In this document: piece by piece, positions 1 through 8,647 of the stretch
Position numbering within the stretch: the stretch's first letter is position 1
How the letters are laid out: every line of letters begins with the position of its first letter
NCBI GenBank assembly: GCA_004284765.1
Contig: NQJD01000048.1
Span: forward strand, 1-14,142
Length of the DNA: 14,142 nt
Origin: Candidatus Electronema aureum
Lineage (GTDB): Bacteria; Desulfobacterota; Desulfobulbia; Desulfobulbales; Desulfobulbaceae
Direction: 5' to 3'
Made by a program: the position numbers and the translations under genes
Notes under the pieces: generated by a model
Database searches by the model: none
The model's input: only the letters and a program-made list of their open reading frames with translations
What the model was told of the DNA's origin: nothing

Positions 1-127
1 CTGTACTTACAGTTGAGGAAATTAAAAACTATATTGAGGTGATTGACCCTTTAACTCAACAAATTATTATTAAGCCGGATTTAGCTTCAACATTCAAGCT
101 GGAACCGGATGGATTTGTCTTTGCGAA
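1..127. repeat. Terminal redundancy, copy 1. It is identical to 14016-14142 and marks the overlap of a circular molecule with a 14,015-bp unit.
   Basis: I compared the two ends base by base and all 127 nt match exactly. The reading frame from 13358 continues through the junction into 3..3149. Confidence 0.9.
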
Positions 128-3100
128 ACCACTCAATCTTGCTTTGAAATACAACATAGCTGCTTTGAGAGATAAGTTTACAGAGAATGATCTTACTATC
201 AGACATAATGGACATAAAGTGGAAACAACACTTGATACATATCAACAGATTGTTTCTGGTGAAATCAATCACTTTTCCAGTGTCACTATTTCGACCTACT
301 CTGGAAAATGCACAGAAGAAAAAGTCGGTAAGTTCAATAGTAGTTCACCGACACCGATAAAGTATTTTAATTGCGAGAACACTTGGGCATATCCATGGAT
401 GCACGTTGCTGTTGCTGATAGAGCCGCTCTTGCGACAACATACGAACTAAAAGTTTTAGCAGCTCATAACTCAGGTGAAACATTCAGAACGCAAACTGTT
501 CAGCATCTTGTTGACGAACACTTTCCAGATGCTGTTGTAGCGATCAATGGAACTACATTTAATTGCAAAGAAGGTGACGGTGAGGCTTGTTATGCCAAAA
601 ATATGGATGGGAGCTATCCAGTCTATACAACAGCTACAGATAGAAGGTTGAATCAACTGGTTACAAATCCTTGTGTTGATGGCAGTAAAGATAATTGCAC
701 GCCAGAAGTAGCATTAGCTTTTGGTGGAGATAACCAAGATAGAATTCCTATCCAATATTTAACCCATAATAGCAAGTTACTCGATAAAGAAAATAAAGAT
801 AAAGAACTTTATCTTTATGAAACTGTATTTCAAAAATCCTTTGGGATGAGTATAGGGGAGGTAGATATAGAGAAAGACAGGGCTATGAACGGTACAGCAA
901 TGGCCTCCATGATAGGGACGCACACAGGAATTAGGTTTGGGAATATTTGCAGAGTTTCTGGAGATACTGGACAAGGTAAAGAAGGTATTTTTATTGATAC
1001 CGAAGCAAGTTTATTCGGATATGGTCAAGATAAAATAATTTTTTTATCTAGTCATTACTCTCCGAATATCATTGATAGACCTTTCTGCACTTTTGATACA
1101 TTTGAAGATATGTGTGAGGCTGTCAGGCTCTTTGGAATAACAGACGCTGTTAGCTTAGATGGTGGCCCATCAGTACAGCTTGTTGTTGACAGAAATCTAA
1201 AGAATATTCAATCGCCTTCAGATGCCCGTCATGTCGTCAATGCTGTTGGGCTTGTTTGCAATAATCCTGACATGTCAAAAGGCTCTACTCCTGATCCTGA
1301 TGGAAAATACCGTATAATTCATTCAACAAAATATCGTTGTGAAGATAATCTCTGCTGGTCTCCAAGTTGGAAGCCCAACTTCGAGAATCTTGCCAAGGGA
1401 ACTTTGAGTTGCTGGGATGCCGATAAGTGGTTTGAAATCAAAGACGGTAATATCTGCGGAAATAAGACTGAGCGAGATCGTTCTATCTGCGCTGAAGTAT
1501 ATAAAAATTCGAGTAATGACGGGGAAACTGGCGACAACAGCACCAGCACCGGTGGTTCTTACACACCGCCAAAACCTGATGACCAGCCTGTTCCCGGTCT
1601 GCCTGACTTCATTATCAATAAAGTTACCCTTGCCAACGAAAGCGGGAGCAAAGAGAAATATCGTTGGAAAATTAACGAAACCGCCTACGTCCACTCATGG
1701 ACTGACAACATTGGCGATGCCAACTGGCAGGGCAGCGCAGACAAGATCAAAGTTCCTTTCTATCTCTCCAAAGGCATCCATGAGGACAGTCATTCTGAAT
1801 GGAAACGTATAGACCGAATGGAAATCAAGAGAGATAAACTCAAAGTCAACCAGCCGCCCAAGCACGAATATATCAAATTCAAGCTACAAGACTATGCCAA
1901 TGATGGCACAGTGATGCCGGGCCGCACCTACAATTTTGTGGTGTGTGCTGACCGTCCTCATGACGAAGACAACGGTGATGGTGATGTACAAGAAAAGCAC
2001 AAATCCAACAACTGCTCAACTGAAGCCGTCTTCTATGTTGACTACGGCCCACCTCGAAACGTTGACCTGACCGCCAGCAATCTCGCCCTTACTGGCGGCA
2101 GAACTTTGCTTCAGGCAGGCGAGAAATACGGCCTGCAAGTGGTAATCTCGAACATCGGCACAGAACCGCCTTGGAACGGCTTCCTCACCAGCTACGAAAT
2201 CAAAGGGCCGGGAACTGGCAACGTATGGCAGCGCATCAGTCAAGACAGTTCGCAGGCCAGCAGCCTGTATCAAAACGCCACTCACTCCGAAAGCATGAGC
2301 AGCGAGCAGGAAGTGAATGCGCCAATGGTTGGCGGTGATTATGTCTTCCGTACTTGTGCTGACTACACGCAGGCAGTGCCAGAGACCAACGAAAGCAACA
2401 ACTGCACTGCCGAACTGCCGGTTTATGTTGCTCCACCGCCAATGCCCGACCTGATCACCGAAGGGCTTCAGCTCACACATGGCCGCACCAGTTTGATTGC
2501 AGGCGAGCTGTACGGCCTGACTGTGAATGTGAGGAACATCGGCAATGCAACGCCTTCCAGCTACAGCTACACCAAGTACGAAATCAAAGGGCCGGGCACC
2601 AGCGATCAGTGGCAGAAGGTGGCTGAAGACGGCACAATGGCCGAGCATCTTGAACCGGGCATGACGCATTGGGAAGAGATTTCGGACGATGAGGGGTTGC
2701 ATATCCCTGCCGTACCCGGAACCTACACCGCCAGAGCGTGTGCTGACTATAAGGGCAATATCCCGGAATCAGACGAAGGCAACAACTGCTCTGAGATAAC
2801 CTTTGAGGTGGAGCCTGTTCCGGCTGGTTCGCCCCGCATTGTCATCACCAATCCAACCAGTGATGATGATTGGCGCAGCAGTGAAACAGACCATGACGTG
2901 CGCTGGGATTACTTTGATTTTCCTGTGCAGGGCAATGTGCGGGTGGAATATTCGCTTGATGGTGGCGCAACATGGCTTTTGATTGATGACGAAACCACCA
3001 ATGACGGCAAGAAACACTGGGAAGACATGTGCGATTATCACACGGTTGACACCCATCATGCCTACATCCGTGTCACTTCGCTGGAATATCCGTATGTCTA

Positions 3101-3149
3101 TGATGTCTCTGATGAGTTCACCATAGACCACGCTGCGGAGTGCGAGTGA
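3..3149 (+). CDS. Remainder of the same lipoprotein of about 1268 aa: NAGPA-like phosphodiester glycosidase domain, Cys-rich linker, three CARDB repeats and a C-terminal beta-sandwich-like domain.
   Basis: The frame is continuous with 13358..14142 across the junction, so the GTG at 39 in the ORF track is internal. NAGPA-like motifs: AVVAINGTTFN (nt ~530) and AVSLDGGPSVQLVVD (nt ~1150). CARDB repeats lie at about nt 1600-2040, 2060-2430 and 2446-2815. Each ends in C-A-D-x5-10-E/D-x-N/G-N-N-C (CADYTQAVPETNESNNC, CADYKGNIPESDEGNNC). The 20-mer tacgaaatcaaagggccggg recurs at 2194 and 2578, a 384-bp period. Stop codon TGA at 3147-3149. Confidence 0.8.
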   Translation, partial: VLTVEEIKNYIEVIDPLTQQIIIKPDLASTFKLEPDGFVFAKPLNLALKYNIAALRDKFTENDLTIRHNGHKVETTLDTYQQIVSGEINHFSSVTISTYSGKCTEEKVGKFNSSSPTPIKYFNCENTWAYPWMHVAVADRAALATTYELKVLAAHNSGETFRTQTVQHLVDEHFPDAVVAINGTTFNCKEGDGEACYAKNMDGSYPVYTTATDRRLNQLVTNPCVDGSKDNCTPEVALAFGGDNQDRIPIQYLTHNSKLLDKENKDKELYLYETVFQKSFGMSIGEVDIEKDRAMNGTAMASMIGTHTGIRFGNICRVSGDTGQGKEGIFIDTEASLFGYGQDKIIFLSSHYSPNIIDRPFCTFDTFEDMCEAVRLFGITDAVSLDGGPSVQLVVDRNLKNIQSPSDARHVVNAVGLVCNNPDMSKGSTPDPDGKYRIIHSTKYRCEDNLCWSPSWKPNFENLAKGTLSCWDADKWFEIKDGNICGNKTERDRSICAEVYKNSSNDGETGDNSTSTGGSYTPPKPDDQPVPGLPDFIINKVTLANESGSKEKYRWKINETAYVHSWTDNIGDANWQGSADKIKVPFYLSKGIHEDSHSEWKRIDRMEIKRDKLKVNQPPKHEYIKFKLQDYANDGTVMPGRTYNFVVCADRPHDEDNGDGDVQEKHKSNNCSTEAVFYVDYGPPRNVDLTASNLALTGGRTLLQAGEKYGLQVVISNIGTEPPWNGFLTSYEIKGPGTGNVWQRISQDSSQASSLYQNATHSESMSSEQEVNAPMVGGDYVFRTCADYTQAVPETNESNNCTAELPVYVAPPPMPDLITEGLQLTHGRTSLIAGELYGLTVNVRNIGNATPSSYSYTKYEIKGPGTSDQWQKVAEDGTMAEHLEPGMTHWEEISDDEGLHIPAVPGTYTARACADYKGNIPESDEGNNCSEITFEVEPVPAGSPRIVITNPTSDDDWRSSETDHDVRWDYFDFPVQGNVRVEYSLDGGATWLLIDDETTNDGKKHWEDMCDYHTVDTHHAYIRVTSLEYPYVYDVSDEFTIDHAAECE

Positions 3150-3228
3150 AGAAAGCGTTCAAAACGGGTGTTTCAAGACGCAGGTGACAGCAACAACGTT
3201 CAGGCGAAGATGTATTTGCCGGTAAAGA

Positions 3229-3262
3229 AAGCACGAAAGGATAATATCGTTCTTTCGTGCTT
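3229..3262 (+). terminator. Stem-loop about 80 nt downstream of the lipoprotein stop; possible terminator.
   Basis: aagcacgaaag (3229-3239) pairs perfectly with ctttcgtgctt (3252-3262), with a 12-nt loop. No T-run follows on the + strand, although the flank on the minus strand is T-rich. Confidence 0.35.
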
Positions 3263-3700
3263 AAAACTTCAACGCACTCGGCCCTTGTAAAATAGGCAAG
3301 GCAAACAGGTCAACGGCTACCAAAGCCGAAGATTTCTCCCCGTATATTTTCCTGTTTTTCCTGAATCCATGAGGGTTTGCTGACTGAATTCGCTCCCCTC
3401 TATTCTTTTACTCCCCATTGTATTCCCCACATTTGCTTTGTTTTTGATGTTTCAAGGTCTGAAAAACGGTGTTGGTGAACCTGCCTTCTCTTCGATTCCA
3501 AGCATCGTCTTCAGACAGCCAAGGCAGTCCGCCCGGATCATCTCAACAATAACACTCCCCCTGACAGCGTTTCAGTGGATTTATCCCGGATAACCTACCA
3601 ACGGTCACAAGGAAGGCTATCATCGGCCCGCTGCTGCTCATTCACCTATCCAGTGTTCCTTGCAAATTTTTTGTTATATCATCTTGTTACATGTAGAAAA

Positions 3701-3807
3701 TAGTAAATACAATACATTGTTGCTGGCAAGTGATTGTATTTACTATGTTGATAACAAATCATTATTGATTATGAATAATGATTTGTTATTCATAATCAAT
3801 AATGATT
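3701..3807. promoter_or_regulatory. AT-rich inverted-repeat cluster upstream of the polymerase-like ORF; candidate origin or operator.
   Basis: Perfect 13-bp IR: tagtaaatacaat (3701-3713) with attgtatttacta (3733-3745). Perfect 16-bp IR: ataacaaatcattatt (3751-3766) with aataatgatttgttat (3774-3789). Overlapping perfect 20-bp IR: aatcattattgattatgaat (3757-3776) with attcataatcaataatgatt (3788-3807). Confidence 0.4.
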
Positions 3808-3963
3808 AGATTTAAAGTTTTTTAAAAAGTAAATTCCAAAAATAATTTTGTTATCCATTTGCCAAAATTTTTATTGACACTTTCAAAAAAAATAGATAAG
3901 TATGACTATTCCAAATATACTGGAAAATACCATTTAAAAAATATCAAAATAAAACACTGAAAA

Positions 3964-5337
3964 ATGCACAATATTCCTAATCCATTTATTGTTTTAAAGA
4001 CAAGTTACATTGATAAATCAAGATTTTCTATAATAGAAAACGAATTGAAGAACAACTGCATTTCCGATTCTTCTTCTTCAGAAGAAAGAAATTTGTTTTC
4101 ATCTATGTTGAAGCAATTTCTATTCAATTTAATTAAAGCAAATAATGACGAAAAGAAACTTCGTTACTCAAGAACGTATAGTATGTTTTGTACAGGAAAC
4201 AAATATTATAAAATCATTTTAAGAATAAATGGAGATGTTAGGCCGAAAAATTTAAAAAAAGCATACAATCTTTTCAGAGCGATTGCAGACACGTTATGCT
4301 TGACAGGATGGACTGAACAGAATATTGGTCGTTGGTACGGAAGTTTGCAAACAGAGATTTGGCTTTCTGAAAAATGCAAAGGATATTTTAACGATTTATC
4401 GAATGTTATATTTCAAAATGATAAAGAGCGTGAACTTGTTGTAATGTACAAATACACAAGCCAAGAAAAAGAAAGAATTAAATTTTCTAATGGAAATAAA
4501 ACATATATCAGCAAATGTAATTTTGTCCGTAAATTAAATATTTTTTATGAAAATTGCAAAATTACAGTTAAGGGGAAAATAAATATAACGAGCTATATAG
4601 ATTCTCTATTATCATCATTGTCAAAATACGCAAGGATTTCTCCAGTAAAAATGATTTTATGCTCAGAAAATGTGTATGATTTAGAGTTTGAATTATTTGA
4701 TAAATCTGTCAGGAGGGCTTTTTCTTATTCTGTTTTTGGTAAAGGAGGACGATATTCAGCAGTATGGACTAATTTTCCTGAAGCTCTTCAAGAAATTATT
4801 TATCTTAACCACAGCAACATTCCTTTAATAAAATTAGATTTTCAATCGTTTAACCCATCCATGTGTTATAGTCTGATTGGCCAGCCAAACTATGGCGATC
4901 CTTATCGAATTGATGGCATAGATCGTTCGATAGTTAAAAAAATGATAACAAGAATATTGAGTTGTGAAAACAAACAAAAAGCTATTGGCTCTATTAACAA
5001 AGAATTCAAAGAATTTAGTAAAGATAAGATAATTGAGATTATGAGCATTATCGAGGAAAAGCATTCTGCAATAAAAAATAGATTTTTCTATAAGAACAAT
5101 TCTGCAAAATTGATGAATTTTGAATCATCAATTTTAACTGATATTCTTGATGAATCAATATTTAAGAGGGGAATCTTCGTACTTCCTTTCCATGATGCTA
5201 TTTTAACATCTTTTGAAGATGCAAATGAGGTAATAAATATAATGAAAAATTCTTATATAAAAAATGTTATGAATTATCTGTCTAAAAACGGAATAGAATT
5301 GAAATCTGAAATTAACCCAATAATTAAATATAAATAA
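3964..5337 (+). CDS. Orphan 457-aa protein with family-A / T7-like single-subunit polymerase-like motifs. It may be a replication protein or another nucleotidyl-transfer enzyme.
   Basis: Long ORF in about 30% GC DNA. GKGGRYSAVWTNFPEALQ (G261-R263-Y264) resembles Pol I TGRLSS..PNLQNIP and T7 RNAP RGRVYAV. KLDFQSFNPSM (D292) resembles motif A DYSQIELR. DRSIVKK (R321, K325) has the motif B RxxxK spacing. LPFHDAIL (H410-D411) resembles motif C HDE/HDS. Motif order matches the family but spacing is shorter than in Klenow. No exonuclease motifs seen. Confidence 0.4.
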   Translation: MHNIPNPFIVLKTSYIDKSRFSIIENELKNNCISDSSSSEERNLFSSMLKQFLFNLIKANNDEKKLRYSRTYSMFCTGNKYYKIILRINGDVRPKNLKKAYNLFRAIADTLCLTGWTEQNIGRWYGSLQTEIWLSEKCKGYFNDLSNVIFQNDKERELVVMYKYTSQEKERIKFSNGNKTYISKCNFVRKLNIFYENCKITVKGKINITSYIDSLLSSLSKYARISPVKMILCSENVYDLEFELFDKSVRRAFSYSVFGKGGRYSAVWTNFPEALQEIIYLNHSNIPLIKLDFQSFNPSMCYSLIGQPNYGDPYRIDGIDRSIVKKMITRILSCENKQKAIGSINKEFKEFSKDKIIEIMSIIEEKHSAIKNRFFYKNNSAKLMNFESSILTDILDESIFKRGIFVLPFHDAILTSFEDANEVINIMKNSYIKNVMNYLSKNGIELKSEINPIIKYK

Positions 5338-5467
5338 TATCTTTATTTATAAATTCATTTTTAATGAATGGTTATTTCAGATTAATGAATATTTTTTATT
5401 TTTTACATTTAATCAGATTATCTCTTATCAGTTCTATTCATTAATATTCATTATATATATAAAATAG

Positions 5468-5501
5468 ACGGCAATAAAGGTCAAAGCCCTTTATATGCCG
5501 T
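5468..5501 (-). terminator. Stem-loop at the right edge of AT-rich block 1; possible minus-strand terminator.
   Basis: acggcaataaagg (5468-5480) pairs with cctttat(a)tgccgt (5488-5501), giving 13 bp with one bulged A and a 7-nt loop. On the minus strand the hairpin is followed by ctattttat. Confidence 0.3.
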
Positions 5502-5687
5502 ACTGAAAGTAGGCGAGGTGTTGGCGGTCTTGTGGTTCTATGAGGGATTGCGGGCGGGTACCCTTGTTACTATACGAAATTATTCAATATTTTTTATTTA
5601 TCAATAAAATAAACAGGTTAGGCAGGTCAGCAATGAAGTATGCCTTCATGTCTTTGACTTTCAGGGCAAGGAAAGAGCTGGCTGTCA

Positions 5688-5756
5688 GGCTGCTATCCAG
5701 ATTTGTGCCAAGAGGCCGTTTAATTTTCAATCTGATACCTTTCAGGGATAGCAGCC
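5688..5756. repeat. 11-bp perfect inverted repeat with a 47-nt spacer in a non-coding spacer region.
   Basis: ggctgctatcc (5688-5698) and ggatagcagcc (5746-5756). The short motif ctttcaggg occurs twice nearby. Confidence 0.5.
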
Positions 5757-5989
5757 ATGCGCAGGTATTGCCTGCTCAGATAAACGAATTTGGGGGCAAA
5801 AGAATTGCGTTTAAATACACAGAAGATAACTTGCGAATATTGTTAAGGAATTTTGGAAAACCTTGTAAGTTATTGTTAATATTCAAGATCATAAAAACAG
5901 GAAGATCAGCAGATGAATCTTTTAGATTTTGAAGGCCACCCGATCTTTGACTTGAAGGGGCAATGAGCAGACCTGCTCTAATTTCAACA

Positions 5990-5998
5990 GGGGGGGGG
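5990..5998. repeat. G9 homopolymer tract.
   Basis: acag+ggggggggca, nine consecutive G in a region with no convincing gene. Confidence 0.8.
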
Positions 5999-6288
5999 CA
6001 AATTTCGGTTCTTGCTGGTGCGGCAATAGGGTTGGACGTTCCAGCTTGAAAGTGGCTCTAATTCAATTTTAAAGGCACTCTTAGTCTCTGCTCTCAATCC
6101 ACCGCTCCGCGCCACCTTGAACGGGCTTGAACAAAACGAGGAACGGCAGGGCAGGGCTTTGAAGAGGTTGGGGGAGCAGATCAGCGATCTGTCCAGCCTG
6201 CGGAAGGATTCATGGACTCTATAACCAACGTGCTGAAAAAGCATTGCGACAGAGTGGAAGCGAAGCGTAAGGATGGCCCCCTCTCTTT

Positions 6289-6306
6289 CTGCTCAAATTT
6301 GAGCAG
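6289..6306. repeat. Perfect 18-bp palindrome just downstream of the minus-strand operon; weak terminator candidate.
   Basis: ctgctcaaatttgagcag lies 27 nt beyond the TAG (6333-6335) of the GAF-like gene. No flanking T-run. Confidence 0.3.
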
Positions 6307-6332
6307 CATCCGTTCCTACTTTCTGTTTTACC

Positions 6333-7253
6333 CTATTTGCCTTTTGTATCCGCTTTATCCTTATTTAAAATAAATTCAGAACAATACATCATTCTGATAA
6401 TTAAAAATAATGACACCATATCTGATACAATATATCCAAAACGGATATCTATATTATCGTTAAAATATTCTTTATGCCTGTGATCTAAACATAGAAATCC
6501 AAAGATAGTCTTATCGAAAGAACTATTTCCACCTACACATTTAATAAAATTTTTAGATACATTTGAGTTAATAATTGTCATAGGAATAACGATTGTGCTC
6601 TTATAGCAAGATTCTGCTGAAGGTCTATTTGTCTTATTATCAATATCCCAACAATTTTCCCATGATATATCTCTTTCAGTTTTTCCAAAAAAAAATTCTT
6701 TTAAAGAAAAAGATTCTACAATAGTATTCTTAACCGCATTAACATCTATTCTTTTGTTTACATACAAATCATTACGAACATATAAAGGGATATTATTACA
6801 GATATAATATACTCCTGTATCTTTTATATGTTTAAAAGCAGTATTCTCAATTATTGAGAACCTTTCAAAGGTACCTTTCTCCCCTACATCTCTATACAAA
6901 TCTACAATAAATTCATCCTGATAAGGAGACTTAAAGGTGACCCGTGGGGCATATTTTGATCTCCCATTAAAATACTCTTTAACATAAGAAGATGAAAGCA
7001 TAAAAACATCTTTTATTGAATTATCCAAAAATAAATCAAGCTCGTCAGATTTTAAATTAGCTTTTTCTACATGCTTGTGGATTAATAAATTTTGATATTC
7101 ATTATACATATCAAATGACACAACAGTATACTCTGCCAATTTAGTCTGCATCTTACAAAGATAATCATTAATTAATGATATATTGTTATATCTTATATAT
7201 GAAATCGTTTCAGCTAATTCAAATAGTATGTTCAGTATATTCATTTCTACCAC
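6333..7253 (-). CDS. GAF-like domain protein, fourth gene of the AT-rich operon.
   Basis: 306-aa ORF. The C-terminal half has a GAF-like pattern: RVTFKSPYQDEFIVDLYRD ... ENTAFKHIKDTGVYYICNNIP ... CYKSTIVIPM ... KTIFGFLCLDHRHKEYFNDNIDIRFGYIVSDMVSLFL. Compare the GAF consensus S-x-L-x-V-P-h ... h-G-h-L-x-h ... F-x-x-x-D. Start is uncertain: 7253, 7244 or 7151. The first two overlap the upstream gene. Confidence 0.45.
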   Translation of the reverse strand: MVEMNILNILFELAETISYIRYNNISLINDYLCKMQTKLAEYTVVSFDMYNEYQNLLIHKHVEKANLKSDELDLFLDNSIKDVFMLSSSYVKEYFNGRSKYAPRVTFKSPYQDEFIVDLYRDVGEKGTFERFSIIENTAFKHIKDTGVYYICNNIPLYVRNDLYVNKRIDVNAVKNTIVESFSLKEFFFGKTERDISWENCWDIDNKTNRPSAESCYKSTIVIPMTIINSNVSKNFIKCVGGNSSFDKTIFGFLCLDHRHKEYFNDNIDIRFGYIVSDMVSLFLIIRMMYCSEFILNKDKADTKGK

Positions 7254-7815
7254 ATTCTACAAAATAGTTTTCCTGACTATATGTAATATTTAGTTTTTTA
7301 AAATCCATATTTGGAATATTTAGTTTTTTAAAATCCATATTTGGAAAATTTGTCAATGACTGTTTTTCTACCTGTGATTTTTCTTTATTTTTTATATATC
7401 TTTCTATGTGCCTCATGGGAACAAAACAATTTTCTTTTTTTCTGGAATATTTACGCTCAAGATATTGAATATATTTATTCAATCTGATAACACATTGATC
7501 GTCCATTACTTCATTATTTTTAATTATTTCTTTCAGTAATTGCAACATATCACCATGTGTTTCTACTAAGATTTTATCTTTACTAATTCCATACGCATAT
7601 TTTTTATCTGAAAAATCAATTATTATTTTCCCTTGTCCATGTATATAGTTAGGTATATCTTCAAAAGATTTGTCGTAATTATCTATTACCAAAGATTCAC
7701 CATTTGGATATATAAGATATAACGAATTAGAATGCGGAACAATTTTTTTTGCTGCGATTATAAGTGGCGCAGGAAAAACAACGTTCGGATTTATATATCC
7801 TAAAATTTTTTTCAT
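7219..7815 (-). CDS. Orphan 198-aa protein with no recognisable domain, third gene of the operon.
   Basis: Its ATG at 7815 overlaps the TGA of the upstream gene (ATGA at 7812-7815). The ORF has the same AT-rich composition as its neighbours. It contains the in-frame duplicated decapeptide PNMDFKKLNI. Confidence 0.55.
   Translation of the reverse strand: MKKILGYINPNVVFPAPLIIAAKKIVPHSNSLYLIYPNGESLVIDNYDKSFEDIPNYIHGQGKIIIDFSDKKYAYGISKDKILVETHGDMLQLLKEIIKNNEVMDDQCVIRLNKYIQYLERKYSRKKENCFVPMRHIERYIKNKEKSQVEKQSLTNFPNMDFKKLNIPNMDFKKLNITYSQENYFVECGRNEYTEHTI
7287..7346. repeat. Perfect 30-bp tandem duplication inside the orphan CDS.
   Basis: tatttagttttttaaaatccatatttggaa occurs at 7287-7316 and again at 7317-7346. 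It is in frame (10 aa) and yields PNMDFKKLNI twice. Confidence 0.9.
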
Positions 7816-8645
7816 AGTTTTTTACTTATCGAAAGATAGTTTTTTACTTTTTCATGCAATAAAATATAGTCATTTTTCGGTCCAAAATCTTTTGGTACAG
7901 AATCATATTCATCTTCATCATAGTAGATAATTTTTACATTAAATTTACTAATTTTTCTGTTAAAATCATCATTTATAGGTAAATGAATAGGTGAAGAAAG
8001 AATGATTACCTCTATATATTCAAAATCAATATCTTGATGAATTAATACTTCTATAGCACGTTTTCTCCAATCTGCTTGTTCATTTTCTTCAGATTTGTAT
8101 AATCTGTCTAATAATTGATCACGGTTATCTATATTTCCACTGCATATATAAGGATATGTATTGAAATTTGCAGTAGAATTTCCGTTTACATAACCTTTGT
8201 TATTAGAAAAATAACGTGTTACTATCTTTGAAGGTACTTCTTTGTTAAAGAAGTATTCCTCATTTTTGATTTCAAAATTTTGTAATATTATAGAATCATC
8301 GTTAAGTAAATGTCGAAATTTCTTATAACCACCACTGTCAAACGGATAGATTTTTTTTGCATATTTAATTGCATCACTCTTCACCAACAAACCCATTGGC
8401 TTTGAAAAAGAAATATCAACAGAACAAGGATTTTTTTTAAAATCAACTCTTTCGTTGATAATAAAAAAAGGTAATCCATAATAAAAAAAAAGTCCAACCC
8501 CCTTGTTTGAATCCTTTTTCAAACCACTCATTACGATTGAATCTAAATTATCCGATTTCGTTGTATGTGCAAGTGGAAGCAATGGTTTTGATGAAGGGCA
8601 ATTATATATAATATCAAGAAAATCTACCATTTCCCTTCTTGTCAT
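7812..8645 (-). CDS. DarT/DUF4433-like ADP-ribosyltransferase-fold protein (H-Y-E type), second gene of the operon.
   Basis: 277-aa ORF. LPLAHTTKSDNLDSIVMSGLKK resembles DarT IYHITHIDNL..IL..G. GLFFYYGLPFF resembles Y-V-P-F-Y-F. WRKRAIEVLIHQDIDFEYIEVIILS resembles K-x-A-E-F-L-V ... I-E-E-I-x-V. Motif order matches the family. The start lies 2 nt after the SLATT-like stop. Confidence 0.4.
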   Translation of the reverse strand: MTRREMVDFLDIIYNCPSSKPLLPLAHTTKSDNLDSIVMSGLKKDSNKGVGLFFYYGLPFFIINERVDFKKNPCSVDISFSKPMGLLVKSDAIKYAKKIYPFDSGGYKKFRHLLNDDSIILQNFEIKNEEYFFNKEVPSKIVTRYFSNNKGYVNGNSTANFNTYPYICSGNIDNRDQLLDRLYKSEENEQADWRKRAIEVLIHQDIDFEYIEVIILSSPIHLPINDDFNRKISKFNVKIIYYDEDEYDSVPKDFGPKNDYILLHEKVKNYLSISKKL

Positions 8646-8647
8646 TT

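Noticed and set aside
1-127. The terminal direct repeats, considered as LTR-like or IS-derived repeats or as a real genomic duplication.
   Set aside because: An ORF reads straight through the join in phase, and the repeat sits exactly at both window ends. An assembly overlap of a circular molecule is the simpler explanation.
2016-2702. A 228-aa minus-strand ORF, together with other antisense ORFs at 87-272, 471-656, 777-974, 1319-1694, 2236-2442 and 2769-3131, and the + strand ORF at 1417-1812.
   Set aside because: All lie inside the long lipoprotein ORF, which has clear domain motifs. Their products are low-complexity or Arg/Ala/Cys-rich, as expected for shadow frames in GC-richer coding DNA.
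3150-3660. The roughly 500 nt of backbone-composition DNA without ORFs after the lipoprotein gene, considered for a hidden gene or RNA.
   Set aside because: I found no open frame of 60 codons or more on either strand and no recognisable RNA motif or repeat by eye. I leave it unannotated rather than guess.
5540-5932. A 130-aa + strand ORF in the spacer between the two AT-rich blocks.
   Set aside because: It has no recognisable motifs or Shine-Dalgarno sequence. It crosses a GC-to-AT composition change and the 11-bp IR, and its product has odd composition. I treat it as non-coding or decayed.
5984-6244. An 86-aa minus-strand ORF.
   Set aside because: It starts in the C9/G9 tract region, has a Ser/Arg/Cys-rich product with no motifs, and lies antisense to the more protein-like coiled-coil relic frame. 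Probably spurious.
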